NCBI GenBank assembly: GCA_964415155.1
Contig: CAYPZY010000002.1
Coordinates: 1-33,175 of the forward strand
Reading direction: 5' to 3'
DNA: 33,175 nt
Source of the DNA: an uncultured Bdellovibrionales bacterium
Lineage (GTDB): Bacteria; Bdellovibrionota; Bdellovibrionia; Bdellovibrionales; SG-bin7
Position numbers and translations under genes: made by a program. Under the pieces are notes generated by a model. It searched no databases. It saw nothing but the letters and a program-made list of their open reading frames with translations, and was not told where the DNA came from. Positions 18,265 through 28,099 of this stretch are shown here, one piece after another. How positions within the stretch are numbered: position 1 is the stretch's first letter; every line of letters begins with the position of its first letter.

Positions 18265-18365
18265 AAGCACTCCTTTGCATTTTCCTTGAATTTAAAGAAT
18301 AATAATATTTTCGATGACTGCTGTTTTAGAAACAATCGATTTTTACATTCCGGAAGAAGGTCGAG

Positions 18366-19349
18366 ATGAAGGTTTTAGTGACGGGCGCCAACGGTTTTTT
18401 GGGAACGTGGGTCACTAAGCGTCTTCTTGATGAGGGTCACGAAACCCATGTTTTGGTTCGCAAGGGCAGTGACTTAAGTTCTTTAGAAGGTCTTAAGTGC
18501 ATTCAAGAGTTCGGGGATATAACTAACAAAGAAAGTGTTATCAACGCTGCCAAAGGAATGAATGCAATTTTCCATTTAGCAGGTCTTATCGCCTACACTC
18601 CCGCTGCTAGACCAAAAATGCAATTGGTCAATGTCGAGGGCACCAAAAATGCCATCGAAGCTTGTCAAAGAGGTGGCGTCGAAAAACTCGTCCACTTAAG
18701 CTCTGTTGTCGCGATAGGCGCAGGATTTTCTCCCAAAGAAATACTCAATGAGCAATCACCTTACAATGTGGCACACCTCAAACTTGGTTACTTTGATACT
18801 AAGCACGATGCAGAAATTTTGGTGAAAGAGGCGACGTCACAAGGAAAGATTCAATCCGTCATATTAAATCCCACCACCATTTACGGTGCCGGAGATGCCA
18901 AAAAAGGCAGCCGCGGAACCCAACTTAAGGTGGCACGCGGTAAATTTCCTTTTTACACTTCGGGTGGGGCCAATGTTGTTGCCGTTGAGGATGTTGTTGA
19001 TGGCATCATTTCGGGTTGGCAAAAAGGAAAGAACGGCGAACGCTATATTCTCTCCGGAGAAAATCTATTCATTAAGGATCTCTTTACAAAGATCGCTCGC
19101 GCCGCAAATGTTAAACCACCTTCCATCTATTTACCGAATCCGGTTCTATTTTCTTTGGGATTCATTGGTGATTTCATGACTAAGTTTGGAAAGTCCGGTC
19201 CTATCAGTAGCGAAAATGCGTTAGTCGCGTCACTTTACCATTGGTTTTCTAACGAAAAAGCAAAGAAGCACTTAAACTTTAATCCTAAACCCGCGGATTT
19301 TGCTATCGGCAATAGTATTCGTTGGTGCAAAGAACACTCGCTAATCTAA
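18366..19349 (+). CDS. NAD(P)-dependent epimerase/dehydratase-family SDR (dihydroflavonol-reductase/HpnA-like).
   Basis: The Rossmann motif is MKVLVTGANGFLGTWV. The catalytic YxxxK is YFDTKHDAE. AAGG lies 6 nt upstream of the ATG. Confidence 0.85.
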   Translation: MKVLVTGANGFLGTWVTKRLLDEGHETHVLVRKGSDLSSLEGLKCIQEFGDITNKESVINAAKGMNAIFHLAGLIAYTPAARPKMQLVNVEGTKNAIEACQRGGVEKLVHLSSVVAIGAGFSPKEILNEQSPYNVAHLKLGYFDTKHDAEILVKEATSQGKIQSVILNPTTIYGAGDAKKGSRGTQLKVARGKFPFYTSGGANVVAVEDVVDGIISGWQKGKNGERYILSGENLFIKDLFTKIARAANVKPPSIYLPNPVLFSLGFIGDFMTKFGKSGPISSENALVASLYHWFSNEKAKKHLNFNPKPADFAIGNSIRWCKEHSLI

Positions 19350-20158
19350 AGCATTGTATCTAAACGTTTCCCCATGCGCACCAAAGCAATGTTGGTGAGA
19401 AGAAAACTTAACAGCAAAAAATAACCAATACCCACATAGAAATCAGTGGAGAAAGTATGATTGGTTACCGCTCTCATAAGTTCTATAGACTCAGGTAACG
19501 GCAAAATTTTGCAGAGATATCTTGCCCAATCCGGCAGATAAGAAACTGGAAAATAGGCGCCACCTAACATTGCCATTGGAATAAGAAATCCAGCCTGATA
19601 AAGAATAAAAAATTCTGAATTTTTAGAGAGAGAGTTTACGGTCATTCCGAGAGCTGCAAAAAACCAACAGCTGATGGTTGCGCATGCAAAAAGCATTGCG
19701 ACTTCCTGAGAACCTATTTTGTTCATTAAAAACAATACGCATAAAATTGTCGAAACCGACAACATCCCTTTAACGACCGCCCATAAAATTTCTCCTAAAA
19801 ACAGATCATGGCTAGTAATCGGAGTAAGAAAAAGCGCCGAAAATGTTCTGTCGTTATACGCGCGGTTATAGGTACCATGAGTTGTCTCATAGCTCGTCAC
19901 TATCATTGCGGTAACCGCAATGAGACCCGGAAAAAAGAATTCAAAATACTTTATCCCCTGCACATCGCTGATGAGCGAGCCAACACCAATACCAATTGCA
20001 TACAAATAAATTAACGGTTCAACACCAATCCAAAAGAAATTCACCAATAGCGACTGTTTAAAGAGAACAAAATTGTGTTGAATGATGTGGATGACTCCTT
20101 TACGCAGGCGCGGAAAGAAAATCAGTTCTCCGATCGTCATTGAAAGGCTTTGTGCCAT
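19346..20158 (-). CDS. ABC-2 type transporter permease.
   Basis: About six hydrophobic segments are present. It overlaps the 3' end of the upstream ABC ATPase gene by 22 nt. Size and topology are typical of ABC-2 permeases. Confidence 0.75.
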   Translation of the reverse strand: MAQSLSMTIGELIFFPRLRKGVIHIIQHNFVLFKQSLLVNFFWIGVEPLIYLYAIGIGVGSLISDVQGIKYFEFFFPGLIAVTAMIVTSYETTHGTYNRAYNDRTFSALFLTPITSHDLFLGEILWAVVKGMLSVSTILCVLFLMNKIGSQEVAMLFACATISCWFFAALGMTVNSLSKNSEFFILYQAGFLIPMAMLGGAYFPVSYLPDWARYLCKILPLPESIELMRAVTNHTFSTDFYVGIGYFLLLSFLLTNIALVRMGKRLDTML

Positions 20159-21093
20159 GTGCTCTCCAGAGAAGATCCGGTTAATTTAAAGTACACATCG
20201 TCTAAATTAGGTTTGCGTATCAACAAATGTTCGCTGCTAATCTTTGCTTGTGGAGTCTGCAGGTCTTGACCATCCTTAATGAAAAGACGAATGCGATTTT
20301 TTGCAACGTAGGCCTCATACTCTTTATTTAATTTATTGTACTGATATTCAACTTCATTGAGTGGACAATGAAAATCGATTATGTGAGCACCGACGATGTC
20401 TGAAATCAGACTTTTAGGTTTACCCTGGCCAATGATTGATCCTTTATGGATTAGCAAAACTTGGTCACAAATAATTTCACACTCGTGAGCACTGGAACTA
20501 CTAAGAACGAGACTAATTCCAGCCGCTTTTAAAAGCTTTAGTTGTTGCCACATCCACTCCTTTTCCACACTAGTAAGTCCACGAGTAATTTCATCTAGGA
20601 TCAAAAGTTTGGGAGAATTGATTAGTGCCCTGGCCAAAGCAAGTTTTTTTCGCTGCAATGGATTTAGCTTTCGAACCGTAACTCCTTCGACATCAGCAAG
20701 CTCGAGTTGTTGCAATAAATCACGAGCACGATTTCGCACAACCGGTTTTGGCAAATCGTAAAAGGCAGCAAAGGTCATAAGTTGTTCAATAACTGTTAGT
20801 TCGTTCTCTAGACTTTCATTTTCGGGGACAATACCGATCATGCTTTTAATTTCTAAACTGTGCGTGAGTGTATTTAGTCCTAAAACAAAAATTTCACCTT
20901 TGTCGGCGGTTGCTGAACAGTATAGAAGTTTGAGGAGGCTCGATTTACCCGACCATCTCGGCCCGAGAAAACCAAAACTCTGACCAGCATTAAAAATAAA
21001 AGTGATATCTTTAAGAACGCCATCGGAATGCAATAGCTTGGTGACACCACGAGCTTCGATCAGCGCTTTGTCGAAATATATCTCTTTATCCAT
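20137..21093 (-). CDS. ABC transporter ATP-binding protein with degenerate signature and Q-loop motifs.
   Basis: Walker A is GPRWSGKSS. Walker B is LLILDEITRG. The H-loop is SSSAHECE. The signature reads LNPLQRKK instead of LSGGQ. The Q-loop position reads IVPENES. Confidence 0.8.
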   Translation of the reverse strand: MDKEIYFDKALIEARGVTKLLHSDGVLKDITFIFNAGQSFGFLGPRWSGKSSLLKLLYCSATADKGEIFVLGLNTLTHSLEIKSMIGIVPENESLENELTVIEQLMTFAAFYDLPKPVVRNRARDLLQQLELADVEGVTVRKLNPLQRKKLALARALINSPKLLILDEITRGLTSVEKEWMWQQLKLLKAAGISLVLSSSSAHECEIICDQVLLIHKGSIIGQGKPKSLISDIVGAHIIDFHCPLNEVEYQYNKLNKEYEAYVAKNRIRLFIKDGQDLQTPQAKISSEHLLIRKPNLDDVYFKLTGSSLESTWHKAFQ

Positions 21094-22108
21094 GTCCCCC
21101 CATAAGGAAAGCTTCAGATGAAGTGTCCCTCATGGGTAAATTCTGCACTCTAAAGAAGTAAGATTCAATGGAGGTCTTAAGTCGTGGTAACTCATCTTCC
21201 GTAAAAATTTCTTTACGAAATTGCGAGGAATCAGGGAAGCCCGCCGAAAACCACATCGCAAATTTTCGCAGCTGGATTTTGACTAGACGTTGGTCATAGG
21301 ATCTTTCGAGTCCTTGCGAAAGGCTCGCGAGAATTTCTGTGTAAGGCCTTACTTGGTTTTGTGGCTGTTGTGCTTTCCACAGCGAGTTAGCTTGCGAAAA
21401 TATATATGGATTTTTCAAACAACCACGCCCAATCATCACTGCATCACAACCTGAAACATGGAGACGATCAACAGCCTGAGCAGCGGAGTGAATATCACCG
21501 TTGCCTATAACTGGAATCTTCGCGCTTCGTTTGATGGTTCTTATAAAATCCCAATCAGCAAAACCTGTATAACCTTGCGCGCGAGTTCTACCGTGGATGG
21601 TTACCCAGGTTACACCTTCATTAGCAGCAATGTTCACGACTTCACTGGCGTTACGGGAATCTTGGTCCCAGCCTGTGCGAATTTTTATAGTTAACGGAAT
21701 AGTGATAGCCGCTTTTACTTTCCTTAAGATTTCTGCCAAAGCTAGGGGATCTTTTAAGACCGCGGCACCCGCACCCTTTTTAACAACCTTCGGAACGGGA
21801 CAACCAAAATTAAGATCGATAAAATCTGCACCAAAGTCTTGTGATTTCTTAGCCCCTTCCGCGATAATTTCAGGCGATTCGCCAAAGAGTTGGATACCGA
21901 CAGGCCGTTGAATTTCATCAAACTCCATCAGTTGATACGTTTTTTGACTTTCATATTTGAGCCCTGTCGCTGAAACCAGTTCGGTAATCACTACCCCACA
22001 GCCCATTTCACGCATCAGTGTACGAAAGGCTTTGTCAGTAATGCCAGCCATGGGTGCTAACACAAAGGGATTTTTCTTTAGGTATTCAAGGAGTTTTTGT
22101 TCAGTCAC
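21086..22108 (-). CDS. dus: tRNA-dihydrouridine synthase (Dus family, DusB-like).
   Basis: LAPMAGITDKAFR, DLNFGCPVPKVVKKGAGAAL-type and TIHGRTRAQGY motifs are present. The start is GTG. The stop overlaps the ABC ATPase start by 8 nt. Confidence 0.9.
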   Translation of the reverse strand: MTEQKLLEYLKKNPFVLAPMAGITDKAFRTLMREMGCGVVITELVSATGLKYESQKTYQLMEFDEIQRPVGIQLFGESPEIIAEGAKKSQDFGADFIDLNFGCPVPKVVKKGAGAAVLKDPLALAEILRKVKAAITIPLTIKIRTGWDQDSRNASEVVNIAANEGVTWVTIHGRTRAQGYTGFADWDFIRTIKRSAKIPVIGNGDIHSAAQAVDRLHVSGCDAVMIGRGCLKNPYIFSQANSLWKAQQPQNQVRPYTEILASLSQGLERSYDQRLVKIQLRKFAMWFSAGFPDSSQFRKEIFTEDELPRLKTSIESYFFRVQNLPMRDTSSEAFLMGGHG

Positions 22109-22339
22109 GCTTCGCTTTTAGCGGTTTGTTGGTTTAGGCGCAACCTTTGAGGCTATTGGTTATATCGCTTGATAAAATTTACGCGGTGTCTCTTGGTCGG
22201 AGCGGGTGCCACTGATGTTATGTCGCAAGAATTGCTGGTGGTTATGGACTCGGATTCGCGCAGGCGTGAGCGGATTTTTTGTCTAAAAATAAACAATATT
22301 TATTTGTTTTACTGCCACCGTGGAAGTGCTATTTTGGAC

Positions 22340-22370
22340 AAAAAAAAGCCCGCCGTGGGAGCGGGCTTTT
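22340..22370 (-). terminator. Rho-independent terminator of the porin-like gene.
   Basis: On the minus strand this reads AAAAGCCCGC-TCCCACG-GCGGGC followed by TTTTTTTT. It has a 6-bp GC stem (extendable with A:T pairs), a 7-nt loop and an 8-U tract. It begins 26 nt after the stop at 22396. Confidence 0.8.
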
Positions 22371-22395
22371 AAGTAGCTATTATCAACCGTACCTA

Positions 22396-23625
22396 TTAGA
22401 AGTTAGTTGTAGCCATTACGTATGCCCAATTAACTTTATCGTTAGTTGTGCCACGTAAATCTTTCCAATACTGGCCAGCAGAGAACATGGAGTAACCTGC
22501 CATCCAAGTAAGAGCTTTCATAGCAGTACATTTAACTGTTAAATCGATCTCTGAACCGATGTTTTTGTCTGTTGAAACGACAGTGGCATAAGCACCGCCA
22601 GTAACGGTGTAAATCGGCTGAGCATCGTCTACGCGACTGAACATATGGTAATCAAGAGCTGTTTCCATATGATCATTCCATTTATTGCTGATACCAACGT
22701 GGAAGCCATTGATGTTACGACGACCGAAAAGATCGGCATAACCTAACCATTTGTGGCCAGTCGGATAAAGTTGGTCATATCCATAGTTCGCATTGAAGTA
22801 TTCAGCTGAAAGGCGCATGCCATAAACTTGGTCCATTTTGAAACCAACTTCAAGGTCCATTTGATCGGCTTTTTCGATGCTCGTTCCAGCCATTTTTCCA
22901 GATTGAGTAGAGTACTCAGCGCGGTAATCAACAGCGCCAGCAGCACCTTTTACACGAAGACCCATTGTGTTTCGCTCTTCAGTTTTAGGATCTGTAGCAC
23001 CTTGACGGTTATCTCTCATCAAGTAGTAAAGATCTGTTTCCATACCGGCCATTGGTTTTCCACCGATATATAAACCGTTGAAGTTATGATCTTGAGCAAC
23101 TGTTGTGCCTGTCTCAGTAACTTTATTGTAGAATAGATCCAACCACCACATATCGTTCACTGTCCAATGAGCTTTCAAACCGTCAAAAGAACGCCCAATC
23201 ATGTTCCAACCTACTGGACCTATGACTAGCTCATCCCCGTATTTCATTTCGTAACGACCAAACATATAAGAAATTTTGTCTGAATGAGCAAAAGTTGTAT
23301 ACGCTTGGTGAACGTTCATAGCAGGATCACAAAGTCCACCTGAGTTAGTTCCAACAAGACATGTTGTTGGGTTTGTGCCAGCAACACCAAAAGTTTTTAC
23401 GAACTTTGGTTGAAAGAAAAATGTTACTTTTGGGTCTGGTGTCCATTTCATATTTACATCAACGCCAGTAGAAATGAAATCGGTTTGACCGCCTTCACCT
23501 TCTGACATCATCTCGGCTCGTACACGGGCTTTTCCCGTAACTTCCATATTACTTTGTGCGCTTGCTGCATCCACCAAACCCACAAGGGCTGCGGCGACAG
23601 CGAAGAATTTGAACTGCTTTATCAT
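22396..23625 (-). CDS. Outer-membrane beta-barrel porin-like protein.
   Basis: The signal peptide is MIKQFKFFAVAAALVGLVDAASAQ. Alternating amphipathic strands rich in Y/G/W are present. The C-terminus ends in an aromatic residue (...MATTNF). The SD is strong (AAGGAG) and the terminator is strong. Confidence 0.7.
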   Translation of the reverse strand: MIKQFKFFAVAAALVGLVDAASAQSNMEVTGKARVRAEMMSEGEGGQTDFISTGVDVNMKWTPDPKVTFFFQPKFVKTFGVAGTNPTTCLVGTNSGGLCDPAMNVHQAYTTFAHSDKISYMFGRYEMKYGDELVIGPVGWNMIGRSFDGLKAHWTVNDMWWLDLFYNKVTETGTTVAQDHNFNGLYIGGKPMAGMETDLYYLMRDNRQGATDPKTEERNTMGLRVKGAAGAVDYRAEYSTQSGKMAGTSIEKADQMDLEVGFKMDQVYGMRLSAEYFNANYGYDQLYPTGHKWLGYADLFGRRNINGFHVGISNKWNDHMETALDYHMFSRVDDAQPIYTVTGGAYATVVSTDKNIGSEIDLTVKCTAMKALTWMAGYSMFSAGQYWKDLRGTTNDKVNWAYVMATTNF

Positions 23626-23809
23626 GTTGATCTCCTTTTATTTAATCTTAAGCGCCGCAAACTATTTTTATTCTTAAACAATTTACGAACACTTTTACTT
23701 TTTTAAAGCTTTACACTGAAATTTCATAATCTATGTCGATCTATGTCAACATATTATTTTTAAAGGAGAATGGAAATACTGATGCAAGTTTAGTCTGCTT
23801 GCCGGAGAC

Positions 23810-25699
23810 TTAAGCAGACTTACGACGTTTGGCTAGGACTTCGGGGTCAAGGAGAACCTTGTCCATCTCGCGACGAATTTCATAAGGATCGCCGACAAAG
23901 TTAGCGGCACCTAAGCGGATAGCTTCTTTCGGCATACCGAAAACAACACAAGAACCTTCGTCTTGTGCAAAGGTTGTTGCGCCTAATTGTTTAAGCCCCA
24001 ATAATCCTTTCGCGCCATCACTTCCCATACCGGTAAGAATTGCGGCGAACATTTGGCCTTTAACTAATTGAGCGGAGTTAAATAAAAAATCCACGCTTGG
24101 TCTGTGACGATTTATTTCTTGAGTCGATGCTACCGTTAAAAAGTATTTGTCACCACGTTGTCTAACGCCAACATGATAATCACCGTGAGCCATATATAAA
24201 TGATGTGGAAGTAGTTCGCTATTTTCTCGCGATTGGCCAAGAGTTAGACCCGAAACATTCGCTAGACGTTCAGCAAATCCTTTGGCGAAGCCGTGCTGGA
24301 TATGTTGAACAACAATGACCGGCGGGCACGACGAGGCCATGTTTTTCATCATATTACAGAGGGTTTCTGTTCCACCTGTGCTTGCTCCTATTAATATAAG
24401 GTCAGGATAAGGTGGTTTAATCAAAAGACCGCGCGGAGTTGAAGGGCCACGCTTTTTTTGATTGAGTGATCTTCTATTGACGTTTCCATCGATGAGAGCA
24501 TTTAAACGCTGAACGAGAAACTCTACGTCGTCTTGCAATTCTGCTTTATCAATACAATCTTGAGCACCGTCACCTAAAGCCTTTAACACTGATTGAACTT
24601 CCGAGGGCGCCGCTCCCGAGACTATCGTCACAGGCGTACTCATACCGTAACGGCGTTGTTCTAATAACCAAGTTTGGCCATCTTTACCTGGCATGTTTAA
24701 ATCAAGAGTTATGACATCCACTTTGTTGATACGTAAGTAGTCGGTTGCTTCGTCGGCAGAACCTACCGCGACAACTTTAAAGAAAGGCGACAGAATTTTT
24801 GATAGGCGCAAACGTACGGTTGCGGAGTCGTCGATCACTAACACGCGACGTTTGCCGTTTTTCAAATCCTTCGGCATATCCTTACGCACATAACTGGAAT
24901 TGCCAACTGAATGTAAATCATATTTTTTAGGATCTATCGACTCTGAAGAGCCTAACACCAACATTCCGGTGGGTTTGATTTGAGTCATGAGGCGTCTAAT
25001 GATTTTTTCAACATCATCAGGTTTAAAGTAAATCAAAACGTTTCGACAGACCACCCAATCGAAATCTTTGTTGTTCTCATCGATTGGTTCTAAAAGGGAG
25101 CGCACCTCAAACCTAATTCGCGCGCGAATCTCCTTATCAATGGTAAAATAGCCTTTGGTTTTTCCCGATCCCACCATTAAAAAGCGACGGTAGTTATCTT
25201 TGATTTTCTTGAAGTCGTCATTGAGTTTGTAAATCGCTTTCTTGGCCTTCTCAACAGAAATTGGGTCAATGTCGCGAGCTACGATCTCGTACTCAAACCC
25301 TGGAACAAGTCTGCGCATATTTTCTAAAACTAAACCAAACGAATAAACTTCTTCACCGGTTGAACTTGCGGCACACAGAAGGCGGAATTTTTCGCCATCG
25401 AGATTAAATCCTTCGCGAGTGAGAATCTCTTCTAATCGCTGATAGTGATTAGACTCACGAAACCAATTTGTCGTGTGAATCGTCAATGATGAAATAAACT
25501 CAGCCATTTCGGCGGCGTCCGACCAGACTAATTCAAAATATTGCTCTAGATCCTGACAATTGGTGGCCGTCATACGACGAGCAACGTTGGTCACAAGAAT
25601 TCCGCGACGATATTTTCCAGTTTGGCAGGTTCCTGTGATTTTTTCGGCAACGGAAAAGATAATGTCTTTTTCTTCTTCCGTAAAATTTAAAGTGCCCAT
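23810..25699 (-). CDS. Tri-domain fusion in a single ORF: CheR methyltransferase, receiver, CheB methylesterase.
   Basis: CheR motifs are LTIHTTNWFRE, LLCAASSTGEEVYSF, ARDIDPISVEKAKKAIY and VVCRNVLIYFKP. The receiver reads RVLVIDDSATVRLRL...VITLDLNMPGKDGQTWL. CheB motifs are LILIGASTGGTETL (Ser), VIVVQHIQHGF (His) and LTGMGSDGAKG (Asp). There are no internal stops. Confidence 0.9.
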   Translation of the reverse strand: MGTLNFTEEEKDIIFSVAEKITGTCQTGKYRRGILVTNVARRMTATNCQDLEQYFELVWSDAAEMAEFISSLTIHTTNWFRESNHYQRLEEILTREGFNLDGEKFRLLCAASSTGEEVYSFGLVLENMRRLVPGFEYEIVARDIDPISVEKAKKAIYKLNDDFKKIKDNYRRFLMVGSGKTKGYFTIDKEIRARIRFEVRSLLEPIDENNKDFDWVVCRNVLIYFKPDDVEKIIRRLMTQIKPTGMLVLGSSESIDPKKYDLHSVGNSSYVRKDMPKDLKNGKRRVLVIDDSATVRLRLSKILSPFFKVVAVGSADEATDYLRINKVDVITLDLNMPGKDGQTWLLEQRRYGMSTPVTIVSGAAPSEVQSVLKALGDGAQDCIDKAELQDDVEFLVQRLNALIDGNVNRRSLNQKKRGPSTPRGLLIKPPYPDLILIGASTGGTETLCNMMKNMASSCPPVIVVQHIQHGFAKGFAERLANVSGLTLGQSRENSELLPHHLYMAHGDYHVGVRQRGDKYFLTVASTQEINRHRPSVDFLFNSAQLVKGQMFAAILTGMGSDGAKGLLGLKQLGATTFAQDEGSCVVFGMPKEAIRLGAANFVGDPYEIRREMDKVLLDPEVLAKRRKSA

Positions 25700-25762
25700 G
25701 AGAATTTCTCCATGAGCACTTTAGTTTCTATCAACATTCAACACCTATACTAGGGGTTAACA

Positions 25763-28057
25763 CTATACCGTCTTCTTGAATGATGAATCATCGGCATCAA
25801 TATCATCATCAGCATCTGGTTTTGGATTAGCGTTGCCGCTGGGGCGTACTTTTCCTTTAGCGGTGTGAACGATCTTCTTTTCAACATCTTTCACTTTTTC
25901 CACTAGTTTACCAGCGATTGAGATAATTTTATTGGTTTTGCCTTTAAAGCTACCAAGTTTACGCAAATCTTCTTTAGCAACAGCAGCTCCGTGAGCAGCT
26001 GTTTCTGAAAGAATCTGTTCAACTTCCTTTTCACCCTCTAAATCACGAGGAGTAACTTCTTTCTTGCGTGGGCCAGAGATCAGTTCATCGACGATATCTC
26101 CGCGCTTATCGCCAGCTTCAGCACTCTCAGCAGTACCTTGAACAAGCATCATTGTAGCTCTCATAATTTGATTCATGCGCTTACTTTGATCGCTCAAGTT
26201 GTCGGCGGATACTGATACTTGTTCACCCATGCGAGCGCTGCGAGTTGTAGCTTCATCTAGTTTGTTCATTGCAACGCTAGTTTGTTGAACTCCGTTTTCT
26301 TGTTCACGGGCCGCATCGTTAACACTTTCAATTTGGCTAGTGATTGTTTTAATCTCTTGCGCGATTTCATCGAAAGTTTTCTGTGCTTTTTTACTAACTT
26401 CTTGACCATCTGTCGAACGAGCGCGGGTGATCTCCACGATTTGAAGAACTTGCTTTTGTGAATCATCAAGTAAGCTCTTAATTTCTTTCGCAGCAGCACC
26501 TGACATTTGTGCTAAGTTACCAACTTCTTCCGCAACCACCGCAAATCCACGACCGTGTTGACCTGCTCGCGCAGCTTCGATCGAGGCGTTGAACGATAGT
26601 AACTGTGTTTTGAACACGATATCGTTAATCACGTTTGTTTTGGCTGAAATCTCGTTGATGATGTTAGCCATATTTTGCAATTGGCTGTTCGCTTCTTGAA
26701 TAGATTCCATCGCATCAACCATCTGACGCATAATCTGAGCACCTTCTTCAGTTTTATCAGATACACGTTTTGCGGATTGTAATGACTCAGCAATGTACTC
26801 ACCTGACTGGTTGATCATGCTGTTCATCTCTTCCATCGCAGCAACTGTCTCTTGAACAGCGGCAGCTTGTTCGTTACTACATACTGCAAGCTCTTTCGCG
26901 CAATTTTGTAGTTCATCGGAAGTATTGGAAGTATCATCAGCGCCAAGTCGCAAGCGGCCAGATACCGCCACTAGTTGCGAGCTCATAGCATTCGTCCACC
27001 AGAAACCAAAAATCGCGGAAACGATAAAAGCAATGACCGCAATGACGTAGAAAGGACGTACTGAAGCATAAACACCACCTAAAACGGCATGTTCTTCTGC
27101 TCTAACCATAACCCCCCAAGCAATTGTTGAAAGGAATTGCGGATTTGTTTTTAAACTTGTGTAACCGGTAAACTGGTCAAAACCTTTGCGTGCATGAAGA
27201 GAAGTAATATGACCTGACTTGCCGGCTACAAGGTCTTTAGCGGCTTCAACATTTTTTTCTGCTAAGTTTAGAGTAAGCAAAACATCAGGATTATGGTTTA
27301 TATCCAAATTTCCTTTGTTATAGAAAGGATCATAATCAACGATAACTTGGCCTTTGCCATTTAACATCGTTAATTCGACAGAGGCAATACCGTTGCTTTT
27401 AATTGTGTTATAGTAGTTTTGAAATTCTTTTTCCACGTAACGAAAGTTAGCGCGAGCAGTTAGTACGCCTGTAACTTTACCTTCCATGTTGCGAATCGCA
27501 GTTGTGAAGCTGTTACCGTAGCGTTTTTCGCCATAAACCATTGTTGGGATTGGGTCTAATTGAAAATCTTCAACAAAAGTTCCAGTCAGCCCTTTCTCTG
27601 GTTCGTTGGAGTAACGAAGATTTAGTGTTTCAACGAACCAAGCCGAAGCTTTTTGATTTGTTGATTCGAGTTTTTTAAGGTCAAGTTTTTTTCCGTCATG
27701 AGTGACGTCGTTAGCGGCAACAAGATCGCCTTCAATGTCAAATAAAGCAATCGTGTCGTAAATACCGTATAGCTTAACATAGGTATTTAAAACATCTGTC
27801 ACCGCTTGTTTATCGCTTAACAACATTGTGCTGTTGGAAGCGAAAGCTTGAATATCACCATAGCGCTGCTTAAATTGCGTAGCTACGGCTGCGGCCAGGC
27901 CCTGCGCGTAGGAACTCATGTTTCCTTCGGCAAGCTCTTTTTGCTTTCCATTAAGAACTTGTACCATGATGAAAGTGATAACTGCCATTACCACCATCAT
28001 ACCTAATGACAAGCTCATAATTTTGAACTTGAGTGATTTTCTACTATTGTTTTTCAT
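25763..28057 (-). CDS. Methyl-accepting chemotaxis protein with a double-Cache-like periplasmic domain, no obvious HAMP, and a long charged C-terminal tail.
   Basis: TM1 is [21 protein letters not shown] periplasmic region of about 290 aa follows. TM2 is [19 protein letters not shown]. The signalling hairpin tip reads [39 protein letters not shown]. Confidence 0.9.
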   Translation of the reverse strand: MKNNSRKSLKFKIMSLSLGMMVVMAVITFIMVQVLNGKQKELAEGNMSSYAQGLAAAVATQFKQRYGDIQAFASNSTMLLSDKQAVTDVLNTYVKLYGIYDTIALFDIEGDLVAANDVTHDGKKLDLKKLESTNQKASAWFVETLNLRYSNEPEKGLTGTFVEDFQLDPIPTMVYGEKRYGNSFTTAIRNMEGKVTGVLTARANFRYVEKEFQNYYNTIKSNGIASVELTMLNGKGQVIVDYDPFYNKGNLDINHNPDVLLTLNLAEKNVEAAKDLVAGKSGHITSLHARKGFDQFTGYTSLKTNPQFLSTIAWGVMVRAEEHAVLGGVYASVRPFYVIAVIAFIVSAIFGFWWTNAMSSQLVAVSGRLRLGADDTSNTSDELQNCAKELAVCSNEQAAAVQETVAAMEEMNSMINQSGEYIAESLQSAKRVSDKTEEGAQIMRQMVDAMESIQEANSQLQNMANIINEISAKTNVINDIVFKTQLLSFNASIEAARAGQHGRGFAVVAEEVGNLAQMSGAAAKEIKSLLDDSQKQVLQIVEITRARSTDGQEVSKKAQKTFDEIAQEIKTITSQIESVNDAAREQENGVQQTSVAMNKLDEATTRSARMGEQVSVSADNLSDQSKRMNQIMRATMMLVQGTAESAEAGDKRGDIVDELISGPRKKEVTPRDLEGEKEVEQILSETAAHGAAVAKEDLRKLGSFKGKTNKIISIAGKLVEKVKDVEKKIVHTAKGKVRPSGNANPKPDADDDIDADDSSFKKTV

Positions 28058-28099
28058 GACCTTTTACTCCCCTTAAACCTTTTAAATTTAAAAAACCTT

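Noticed and set aside
22169-22372. A 67-aa plus-strand ORF in the dus / porin intergenic region.
   Set aside because: It has no SD. It runs through the porin terminator hairpin, and its C-terminus is encoded by the A-tract and stem. Its composition is unremarkable. The region is more likely the dus promoter plus the porin terminator. I also looked for an sRNA-like hairpin plus U-tract near 22250-22290 but could not fold a convincing stem.
23792-23820. A 9-bp-stem hairpin (AGTCTGCTT-N11-AAGCAGACT) overlapping the stop codon of the CheR-REC-CheB gene, considered as a terminator.
   Set aside because: No U-tract follows it on the minus strand (AAACTTGCATC), and the stem includes coding sequence. 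It might be a Rho-dependent or weak terminator, but I cannot support calling it.
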